DNA of 64,000 bases from an uncultured Candidatus Saccharibacteria bacterium (GCA_964461915.1 CAYWVD010000001.1:235168-299167); one strand, 5' to 3'. Shown: positions 37,269-44,700, numbered from the stretch's first letter. Translations and numbers: made by a program. Notes: generated from the letters alone by a model not told the origin.

Positions 37269-38276
37269 ATGATAAATACTAAGTACAAACTAAGCCAAAA
37301 ACTCTTAGAAAATATCTCCTCTATTGAAAGACTCTACGGTCAATTAGAATCACAAGTAGTTCCGAAAGAATTACTTCTTAACCTAGAAGAACACAATCTT
37401 GTTAAATCATCCTTTTCTTCTAACAGTATAGAAGGTAACCCACTCTCTCAAGAAGAAGTTACTAATTTAATACTTGGAGGAAGAGTCCCGGCAAACAGAG
37501 ATGAAAAAGAAGTAAAGAACTACTTTAATATCCTAAAACAGATAGGGAAAGAATATGATACTTTGAATATAGATACCATACTTACTATCCACAAACAACT
37601 TTTGCAAGGAGTTGAGAATCAAATAGGTGGTGAGATTAGAAATAGTAAGGTTGTTGTAGGCAATCCTGCTCAGGATGGAAATATTGTTATCAAACATGAA
37701 CCACCAAAACATACCAAGGAAGAAATTACAAAACTTCTAGAGGAGTTAATAGAATGGACAAATATATCTGAGGAATTACCCATACTAAGAGCAGGAATAT
37801 ACCATCATGAGTTTGTATATATTCATCCTTTTGTAGATGGCAATGGTAGGACTTGCAGATTAACTACTACACTCCTTTTGAATAAGTTAGGATACAAGAT
37901 AAATAAGTATTTTATACTTGATGATTACTATGATATAGATAGAATACAATATTCTGACTCCTTACATTCTGCTGATAGTGGTGATAAGACAGAATGGTTA
38001 GAGTATTTTACAGATGGTGTTAAATATTCTTTACAATCTGCATTAGCTAAGATAGAGGAAGGACTAAAGAACATCTCTTTTGATATGCGACCTACAAACA
38101 GAGAGAAAGATGTTTTGGAATTAATAAAGAAGTACAAAGAGATTACTTCTTCTGATGTTGCAAAGGATCTTGATGTGTCTAGGCAACAGGCTTTTAATCT
38201 TTTAGATGGTTTAGTTTCAAAGGGTTATTTAGAAAAACAGGGTAGTACTAAAAATAGTTTTTATACCTTAAGGTAG
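37269..38276 (+). CDS. fic: Fic/DOC family protein (AMPylation-type Fic motif) with N-terminal inhibitory-helix motif and C-terminal winged-helix-like domain
   Basis: Canonical Fic motif HPFVDGNGRTCR. N-terminal SNSIEGN fits the (S/T)xxxE(G/N) inhibitory motif. Confidence 0.85.
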   Translation: MINTKYKLSQKLLENISSIERLYGQLESQVVPKELLLNLEEHNLVKSSFSSNSIEGNPLSQEEVTNLILGGRVPANRDEKEVKNYFNILKQIGKEYDTLNIDTILTIHKQLLQGVENQIGGEIRNSKVVVGNPAQDGNIVIKHEPPKHTKEEITKLLEELIEWTNISEELPILRAGIYHHEFVYIHPFVDGNGRTCRLTTTLLLNKLGYKINKYFILDDYYDIDRIQYSDSLHSADSGDKTEWLEYFTDGVKYSLQSALAKIEEGLKNISFDMRPTNREKDVLELIKKYKEITSSDVAKDLDVSRQQAFNLLDGLVSKGYLEKQGSTKNSFYTLR

Positions 38277-38325
38277 TTTTTGTTTCCAAAGGATACGATT
38301 TTGCTCTGTTATCGAAACTAAATAA

Positions 38326-39531
38326 TTTATACCAACCACAATATTTATACACGAACATCTCTTAAAAGCATATCTCTCGTCTAGAAAAAACAAACGAAAT
38401 ACCATTAATGCACTAAAATTTGAAATTAACTTAGAACAAAATCTCTCTAATCTACAAAACGAGATATTACTTCACACCTATAAACCATCTAGATCAATAT
38501 GTTTTGCTGTAACATATCCAAAAATTAGAGAAATATTTGCTGCAGATTTTAAAGACAGAATTGTACATCACTTACTAGTATCATATTTAGAACCATATTT
38601 TGAAAAAAGATTTATCTACTCATCTTTTGCCTGTAGAAAAGAAAAGGGAACTCTTTATGCAACTACGTATATACAGAAATGTTTAAGAAAAGTAACTAAA
38701 AACTCTACTAAAAAAGCCTACTATGGACAGTTTGATATTAAAAGCTTCTTTACAAGTATAGATGGGAAAATTTTAGAAGAGATCTTAATTAGTAATATAC
38801 AAAAAGGGTTTCATGGTAGTTTACAAAATGAATTAATATGGTTAACAAAAGTAATACTAGAAAACAATCCCACTCAAAACTATACAGTAAGAGGAGATAT
38901 TAATTTACTCAAACAAGTACCCTCTCATAAGTCTCTTTTTAATGTTTCTAAAAACAAAGGTCTACCGATAGGGAATTTAACATCGCAGTTTTTTGCCAAT
39001 ATATATCTAAACGAATTAGACCAGTATGTAAAAAGAGAATTAAAAATTTCCTACTATACTAGATATGTAGATGATATGGTTGTACTCTCTGATAACCTTG
39101 ATGATGTGTATATATGGAGAGAACAGATAGATACATTTTTAAAGAAAAAACTTAAACTTACTCTACACCCTAAAAAAGATAAATATGGCTCTGTATACTC
39201 TGGAATAGACTTTCTAGGGTATGTAATTAAGCCTAGATATACTCTCTCAAGAAAAAGGGTCGTAGGTAATCTAAAAAACAAACTAAAACTTTTTAATCAA
39301 GGTCTTTTACTAATATCACAAAATCAAAAACAGATTACCCTACCTCTCCATACACCCCCTTCGAAAGAGGAAATTTCTAAAATGTTAGCTATGATTAATT
39401 CTTACTATGGTCATTTTAGACATGTTAACTGTTTTAATTTAAGAAAGGATATATATGAGAATCACTTTGGTTGTTTAAAAGAATACTTAGAGCCTGTAGA
39501 ACAGTATTCATATTTTAAATTAATAAAATAA
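38326..39531 (+). CDS. Diversity-generating retroelement reverse transcriptase; the frame is open from 38326 but has no ATG/GTG/TTG before the RT domain (the ORF track shows only the 39076 ATG fragment)
   Basis: Frame-1 translation gives RT motifs DRIVHHLL, YGQFDIKSFFTSIDGKILEEIL, GLPIGNLTSQFFANIYLNELD (the DGR-specific IGxxxSQ instead of QGxxxSP), YTRYVDDMVV (YxDD), and the thumb/X-like motif INSYYGHFRH. It sits next to the Avd-like gene and the TR. Confidence 0.8.
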   Translation, partial: FIPTTIFIHEHLLKAYLSSRKNKRNTINALKFEINLEQNLSNLQNEILLHTYKPSRSICFAVTYPKIREIFAADFKDRIVHHLLVSYLEPYFEKRFIYSSFACRKEKGTLYATTYIQKCLRKVTKNSTKKAYYGQFDIKSFFTSIDGKILEEILISNIQKGFHGSLQNELIWLTKVILENNPTQNYTVRGDINLLKQVPSHKSLFNVSKNKGLPIGNLTSQFFANIYLNELDQYVKRELKISYYTRYVDDMVVLSDNLDDVYIWREQIDTFLKKKLKLTLHPKKDKYGSVYSGIDFLGYVIKPRYTLSRKRVVGNLKNKLKLFNQGLLLISQNQKQITLPLHTPPSKEEISKMLAMINSYYGHFRHVNCFNLRKDIYENHFGCLKEYLEPVEQYSYFKLIK

Positions 39532-39536
39532 TATAT

Positions 39537-39896
39537 ATGGGTAGTACAAACAATTTGCCTTTGTACAGGAGTGTGTACAAACTTTTAATATATCTTTACT
39601 CTTTAATTAGTAATTTCAAGAAAGAGTATAAATATACATTGGGTCAATCGATAACGGATTGTGCTTGGGTTGTATTAGATAGTGTAATTATTGCTAATAC
39701 CCTACCTAATTTAAAAAAGAAAGAGTATATATTAAAAGCTAGTAATCATTTTGATATGCTTAAGACTCGTATTAGGGTAGCACATGAATTAAAACTAATA
39801 GATAACAGAAGATATACTTTCATTGTTAATCAGTTTGAAGATATAGGTAAGATGTTGAATGGTTGGTATAGATGGAGTAGTAAAGCCCAAAGCTAA
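39537..39896 (+). CDS. avd: Avd-like DGR accessory protein (four-helix-bundle family)
   Basis: 119 aa, predicted helical. The C-terminal IVNQFEDIGKMLNGW matches the conserved ending of the four-helix-bundle/Avd family. Lies between the RT and the TR. Confidence 0.6.
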   Translation: MGSTNNLPLYRSVYKLLIYLYSLISNFKKEYKYTLGQSITDCAWVVLDSVIIANTLPNLKKKEYILKASNHFDMLKTRIRVAHELKLIDNRRYTFIVNQFEDIGKMLNGWYRWSSKAQS

Positions 39897-39899
39897 GTA

Positions 39900-40020
39900 C
39901 CGGGATACACAACGAACTCCGTTGTTTGTATTTGTCTTATTGTTGTTGTTGGTATTTCCATTGTTTAGGTTTACGTTCCATGCGTTTGTTGAATTGTTGG
40001 AGACCTCCGAGCTAGACCAA
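39900..40020 (-). repeat. DGR template repeat (TR), 121 bp, adenine-bearing sense strand is the minus strand
   Basis: 121-bp near-identical copy of 40310-40430. All 23 mismatches are T in the TR (plus strand), which is A on the minus strand. The TR in target frame encodes 12 AAC/AAT codons. Confidence 0.9.
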
Positions 40021-40236
40021 CGCTAACATTTTTCTACTAACTTGTTTACCACTGTAAAACTGATTAATATTTCAACTAAAAAGTTTAACTGTATTTAAAT
40101 ACCTATTAGGTGTAGTAGAACGGACTTAAATATTTGGGCTTTCTCTACTATCTATTGCCTACAGTGAGGTTAAATAGTAGACTCCATGCACTAAGATATT
40201 ACAATTCTAATTAGAAAATATCAAGTATCAAGAGAT

Positions 40237-40267
40237 TAAAAAACAACCCCTCCACTTTGTGGAGGGG
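40237..40267 (-). terminator. Rho-independent terminator downstream of the DGR target gene (minus strand)
   Basis: Perfect 9-bp stem CCCCTCCAC/GTGGAGGGG with a 3-nt loop at 40247-40267, followed on the minus strand by TTGTTTTTT. Confidence 0.5.
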
Positions 40268-40303
40268 TAAATTAAAAATTACTAAATTACTAAATTCTGG
40301 TTT

Positions 40304-41587
40304 TTAGTCCCGGGATACACAACGAACTCCGTTGTAAGTATTCGTCTTAGCGCTGTAGCTGGTACCGCCAAAGTTTAGGTAGACGCGCCATGCGTAAGCC
40401 GAATAGTAGGAGACCTCCGAGCTAGACCAATAGAGAGTATCTGTAACAAATGCTGCTGCAGATTCCTCATCTATACCCGCCTGGTTATATATCCCATCTA
40501 TATATGCTTGCATCAATTCTTTTTGAGAAGGTAAATACCAATCTGTTCTTCCTGCAAAATCTAATGTCGCACAGTAGTTTATTGCTAAACCGCAATCAGA
40601 ATCTAAACCATCATATGAACTTCTAGGTATTGAAGTAAAGTAATCACATGAAGCCATAGTAAAAATATTTGACATAGTACCTTGGTCTGCAGACCAATAT
40701 ACTCCAGTTCTCTCATCTCTCCATGCTATATCCTCTCCTACTGACATATTACTCCACTCTGACTCTTCTCCTTGATAGTCATCAGTTAATGTCCCTCCCC
40801 ATCCAAGATAGTCACCTCCAGCATAATCATCATATGTACTGTATTGCATATTTGTAAAATCTATAGGTGTTGGAGGTGTATATGTACCTGTTAGAAGAGT
40901 ACCTGAGTCAGAGTAAAACTTCTTTCCACTAATTACCTCATCTACTCTTGCATCTCCCAAAAATGACCAAGTACCTGTTAGTAATGTTCCAGAATCAGAA
41001 TAGAACTTCTTACCACTCATTACATCTGTAACTTGTGCATCACCTAAATATGATACTACTGGAGGAGTATATGTCCCTGTCTTTAATGTACCTGAATTAG
41101 AGTAAAATGTCTTACCTGCTAGTACATCACTAGTACTTGCATTTCCTCTGTATGTTACTGTAGGTACAGTAGGTAGTTTAAGAGTACCTGCTAAAAGTTC
41201 ATCATCCTCTGAGTAAAACAGTTTCCCCTCTAATACATCCTCTGCAGATGCATCACCTAAAAATTCAAACTCTTCAGGAACATATGTCCCAGTTTGTAAA
41301 TCTCTAGAATTGTTGTAAAAAGTTTTACCCTCTAATACATCACTCGTAGTAACAGTACCACTAGGAATCCAATTAGAAGCCTCTTGTACCTTTTCAACCA
41401 TCGAATCTAAATCAACATCAGAAAGTTCTTGTGTATATCCTAATTCTACTAACTTACCATATATACCCCTAACATCTTCCTCTAATTGAGATACATCAAC
41501 TTCTTTACTTGGTTTGAAAAAGAGAAACATTATTACTGCTGTAATAACGACACCTAGTAGAAATGAAAAAATATGTTTTTTATTCAT
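40304..41587 (-). CDS. DGR target (variable) protein: N-terminal signal anchor, five ~22-aa tandem repeats (DVLxGKxFYSxSGTLxTGTY), C-terminal DUF1566/C-type-lectin-like domain carrying the VR
   Basis: N-terminal TM (FSFLLGVVITAVIMFLFF). The repeats are VLEGKTFYNNSRDLQTGTYVP, VLEGKLFYSEDDELLAGTLKLPT, VLAGKTFYSNSGTLKTGTYTPP, VMSGKKFYSDSGTLLTGTWSF and VISGKKFYSDSGTLLTGTYTPP. The C-terminus TDWYLPSQKEL ... YWSSSEV ... AWRVYLNFGG ... GVRCVSRD fits the DUF1566/CLec pattern. Confidence 0.85.
   Translation of the reverse strand: MNKKHIFSFLLGVVITAVIMFLFFKPSKEVDVSQLEEDVRGIYGKLVELGYTQELSDVDLDSMVEKVQEASNWIPSGTVTTSDVLEGKTFYNNSRDLQTGTYVPEEFEFLGDASAEDVLEGKLFYSEDDELLAGTLKLPTVPTVTYRGNASTSDVLAGKTFYSNSGTLKTGTYTPPVVSYLGDAQVTDVMSGKKFYSDSGTLLTGTWSFLGDARVDEVISGKKFYSDSGTLLTGTYTPPTPIDFTNMQYSTYDDYAGGDYLGWGGTLTDDYQGEESEWSNMSVGEDIAWRDERTGVYWSADQGTMSNIFTMASCDYFTSIPRSSYDGLDSDCGLAINYCATLDFAGRTDWYLPSQKELMQAYIDGIYNQAGIDEESAAAFVTDTLYWSSSEVSYYSAYAWRVYLNFGGTSYSAKTNTYNGVRCVSRD
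40310..40430 (-). repeat. DGR variable repeat (VR), the last ~40 codons of the target gene
   Basis: See TR. The VR codons at TR-Asn positions now read Y, T, A, S, Y, S, G, F, Y, R, Y, A, Y, Y and so on. The identical 3' flank (coding sense) contains the hairpin ACAACG-GAGTT-CGTTGT. Confidence 0.9.
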
Positions 41588-41689
41588 TTAATATATATAT
41601 ATAACAAATTAATACTTCTTTAATGTTTTAATGGTATCAGAATGTAAAAAATAAAACAATACAAGGGGTGGGTCATAGGACAATACTAT

Positions 41690-42424
41690 GGGTCTAGACT
41701 AGTTTAGAGAGGATTTTTTCTAAACTCTGAAAGAAGTATATCATAAATATTTTCATTTCTCAAATTCCATCTGAACTCTGACTCTTTTAAATGAAGATGA
41801 AACATTTTATCATTTAATCCATTAAATTTTGCTAACCTTCTTTTAGTATAACTCCAAAACGATTCTATCCCATTAATGTGTGTCTTACCACGAGCAAATT
41901 CATCATCACTATGATACACACGATAATGGTCATATCCGTTAAGAATTAATCCATCATAACTTTTCCATCCGTCTGAATATATTGTAGAACCTTCTAGTAC
42001 TTTACCTTGGATTATCGGCATCAAATGCTCTCTTTTACAATTCTTAACGATGTTTACATAAACCTTACCATCCTGTTTAAGAATACCAAATACAGGAGTT
42101 TTTCCCGCTGCTCCACGTCCTCGTTTACCTCTTACACGCCTTGCTCCAAAGTATGACTCATCTACCTCAAACTCTCCTAACTCTGGTGTATGAGCAACAC
42201 TCATCTGAGCTATACGCACTCTGAAAAGATAGTAAAGTCTGTTTACTGTATTACGATTAACTCTAGAATATTTTGATGCTTTTGTTGCGGTTTCATCTTC
42301 GGCAAAATACTTTAAAATTTCCCTAAATTTTCTCTCCGAAATATGTGCTTTATTTAAATACTTATTTCTTATTGTCATAGACTTAATTATACGAGTTTTT
42401 ACTCTATTAAACTAGTCTAGACCC
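41690..42424 (-). mobile_element. Second, distinct IS1595-family insertion sequence (about 735 bp) with 17-bp terminal inverted repeats; transposase CDS 41704..42378 on the minus strand
   Basis: Transposase is a paralog of the first (roughly 60% identical by eye; same motifs SDGWKSYD, THINGIESFWSYTKRR). Left end GGGTCTAGACTAGTTTA at 41690-41706 is a perfect reverse complement of TAAACTAGTCTAGACCC at 42408-42424. Confidence 0.75.
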
Positions 42425-42708
42425 TATCTTTTCACTTGTGGAGGAACGGAACAAGTGAAAATACTGTTTGTTCCCCTCCTATAAATAATAAAAATCAAAA
42501 TTTCTTCCTTTATTTTAATCCTTCAACACCTTTTTCTCAAAAATTTTCAGAAAAATATGTCGGACAACGTTCCGGCATATACGATGTTGCGAGTGAGCAT
42601 AGCAGTATAATTTTTCTCACCGCCTAAGCGAGCGAAGCAATATGGGCGAAACGACGAGGTACGAGGAGTGTAGCCGTATATGCCGTGTTATATGATGTTT
42701 TGGCCAAT

Positions 42709-43401
42709 TCACTCTTCATTACTTTTACCCCAATTGCATTTTTGACATAGTGTTTGTAAATTTTCCAGACTTGTTTTACCTCCTTTTGAAAAAGGTTTTA
42801 TATGGTCAATGTGTAAAACAGTTCCATGATGAGTTGCTGGGCTTTTTCCACAATAGACACAGCAGAAATTATCGCGTTGCAAAACTTTGAGTCTTAATTT
42901 TAGTGGAATATCACGTTTTAATTTTGAATCTTTCGTGTTGATAGGCGTATTTGGAACCTCAGATTTTTGCTTTGTTTCTTCAACAACAGATTCCCCGGTT
43001 TTATATTCGAGAAATTTCATGCAAGCGTTTGTCCAGCCATTAAATCTTGCTTTGTATGTTGAGTATGAATATTTGGGCTTAACTAAATCCCATTCGGTTT
43101 TTGATGGCCTGTGGCCTAATTTTTTCCAAACTTTATCTAATTCCTCAAACAGCTCTTTCTCGGATATAAAACTTCGATCAGTTTCTCGTGGTTTAAGTTC
43201 TACGCCTATTGAATCTAGCGCCTTTTGCCAAGTTCCAAATACGCCGAGTACTTTTGTACCCTTACAAAGTTTTGCAACTTTATCAAATTCGTGCCGAGTG
43301 AATTTTGTATAATCAAAAAGCCCAGCAACTCTTTTAAGTTCTTTTATGACATCCTCTTTGGATATAGTGTCTATTCTTTTTCTGGAAAATTTATAACTCA
43401 T
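42709..43401 (-). CDS. HNH endonuclease-domain protein
   Basis: C-terminal HNH motif CCVYCGKSPATHHGTVLHIDHIKPFSKGGKTSLENLQTLCQKCN. Confidence 0.6.
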   Translation of the reverse strand: MSYKFSRKRIDTISKEDVIKELKRVAGLFDYTKFTRHEFDKVAKLCKGTKVLGVFGTWQKALDSIGVELKPRETDRSFISEKELFEELDKVWKKLGHRPSKTEWDLVKPKYSYSTYKARFNGWTNACMKFLEYKTGESVVEETKQKSEVPNTPINTKDSKLKRDIPLKLRLKVLQRDNFCCVYCGKSPATHHGTVLHIDHIKPFSKGGKTSLENLQTLCQKCNWGKSNEE

Positions 43402-43555
43402 GTTTAAATAGTAATTGAATTGGCCAAAATTTCATATAACTGGTTACTATACGAAGTGTTTTCATAATTCATACAATTTATTGTACTAATTGCGAACTAC
43501 TTTTGGTATAATAATTCAAAATTAACTATCTGTATTTTACCAAACCCTTGCAAAT

Positions 43556-44368
43556 ATGAAAAGCGAACTGGACAGAACCATACGAGAACTAAAAATACGC
43601 AATTACAGCCCCAAGACTATAAAAAGTTATACAAATGGGCTCAGTAAATATTTCAGCTACAAAAGAAAAAACATTGATAAGCTAGATACAAACAACATTA
43701 AAGACTTCCTACTCTACTGCAAAGATAAAAACATTTCAGCCAAAACGAGAAATCAGTATCTTAATGCTATCAAATACTATTATTACAATATCATCAATGT
43801 AACAGATAAAATTGATGTAAAATCCGCTAGACGAACTAAAAGCCTTCCAGTTATCCTGAGTAGATCCGAGATTAAAGCTTTGATCGAAGCCACAAACAAC
43901 CAAAAACATAAAATGTTGCTTGCAATAGCGTATGGAGCTGGGTTACGAGTTAGTGAAGTTGTAAACCTTAAAGTGAAAGATGTAAATCTTGAGGACCTAA
44001 CACTGCATATCAAACATGCAAAGGGAGACAAAGACAGAATAACCATTCTTTCAGATAGTATAAAAGACAAGTTAAACAAGATCATTAGTACTAAGGAAGC
44101 AAATGAATATGTTCTTTCTAGCGAAAGAGGTGGGAAACTCACAACCCGTACAGCTCAAAAGATTTTCTCAAATGCACTTAAAAAGACTGGTGCCAAAAAG
44201 GATGCTTCTTTTCATTCCCTCAGACACAGCTTTGCTACTCACTTGCTGGAAAACGGCACAGATATTCGTTATGTACAAGAATTATTAGGCCATGTAAACA
44301 TCAGAACTACTCAAAGATACACCCAAGTCACAAATCCTCGCTTACGAAATATAAAGAGTCCACTTTAA
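43556..44368 (+). CDS. int: Tyrosine site-specific recombinase/integrase
   Basis: Catalytic R..H..R..Y context (FHSLRHSFATHLL ... LGHVNIRTTQRY). N-terminal SAM-like domain. Sits adjacent to the tRNA cluster. Confidence 0.8.
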   Translation: MKSELDRTIRELKIRNYSPKTIKSYTNGLSKYFSYKRKNIDKLDTNNIKDFLLYCKDKNISAKTRNQYLNAIKYYYYNIINVTDKIDVKSARRTKSLPVILSRSEIKALIEATNNQKHKMLLAIAYGAGLRVSEVVNLKVKDVNLEDLTLHIKHAKGDKDRITILSDSIKDKLNKIISTKEANEYVLSSERGGKLTTRTAQKIFSNALKKTGAKKDASFHSLRHSFATHLLENGTDIRYVQELLGHVNIRTTQRYTQVTNPRLRNIKSPL

Positions 44369-44531
44369 CCAAATTATTATTGTATATAGATCTTACAGGA
44401 CTTGAACGGTGTAAATACCTACATGGTAGGCTTTCCCGTTAACTTACTTGGATTTGGGTAATTTTGATACATGAGGTGTATCACACTGATAAAGTCTATT
44501 TATCAACACTTTTTTAGGGTCTCGTCTTAAT

Positions 44532-44608
44532 TGGTCGGAGCGGTGAGACTCGAACTCACGACCTTACGCACCCCATGCGTACATTCTAGCCAACTGAACT
44601 ACGCTCCG
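44532..44608 (-). tRNA. tRNA-Pro (anticodon GGG), CCA encoded
   Basis: Reverse complement folds: acceptor cggagcg/cgctccg, D-arm gttc..gaat, anticodon stem tacgc/gcgta with loop auGGGgu, T-arm gtgag-ttcgagt-ctcac, A, CCA. Confidence 0.8.
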
Positions 44609-44700
44609 GAAATATATGTAACATTTTATCAAATAAGCTTTAAACAAGAAATAGTAATATGATAAAATAGATCAGTTTGTTTTAAGTTTGTTCTACTTAA

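Noticed and set aside
38326-39531. Group II intron or retron reverse transcriptase
   Set aside because: Motif 4 is IGNLTSQ (the DGR-type SQ) rather than QGxxxSP. An Avd-like gene and a TR/VR pair with adenine-specific differences lie immediately adjacent. No intron domain V/VI-like structure or maturase/En domain was seen.
39076-39531. Track ORF of 151 aa treated as an independent gene
   Set aside because: It is the C-terminal third of the DGR RT. The same frame is open upstream to 38326 and encodes RT motifs 1-5.
42436-42627. 63-aa ORF in the GC-rich spacer
   Set aside because: No start context, and it overlaps a hairpin and a compositionally odd non-coding block. No motif.
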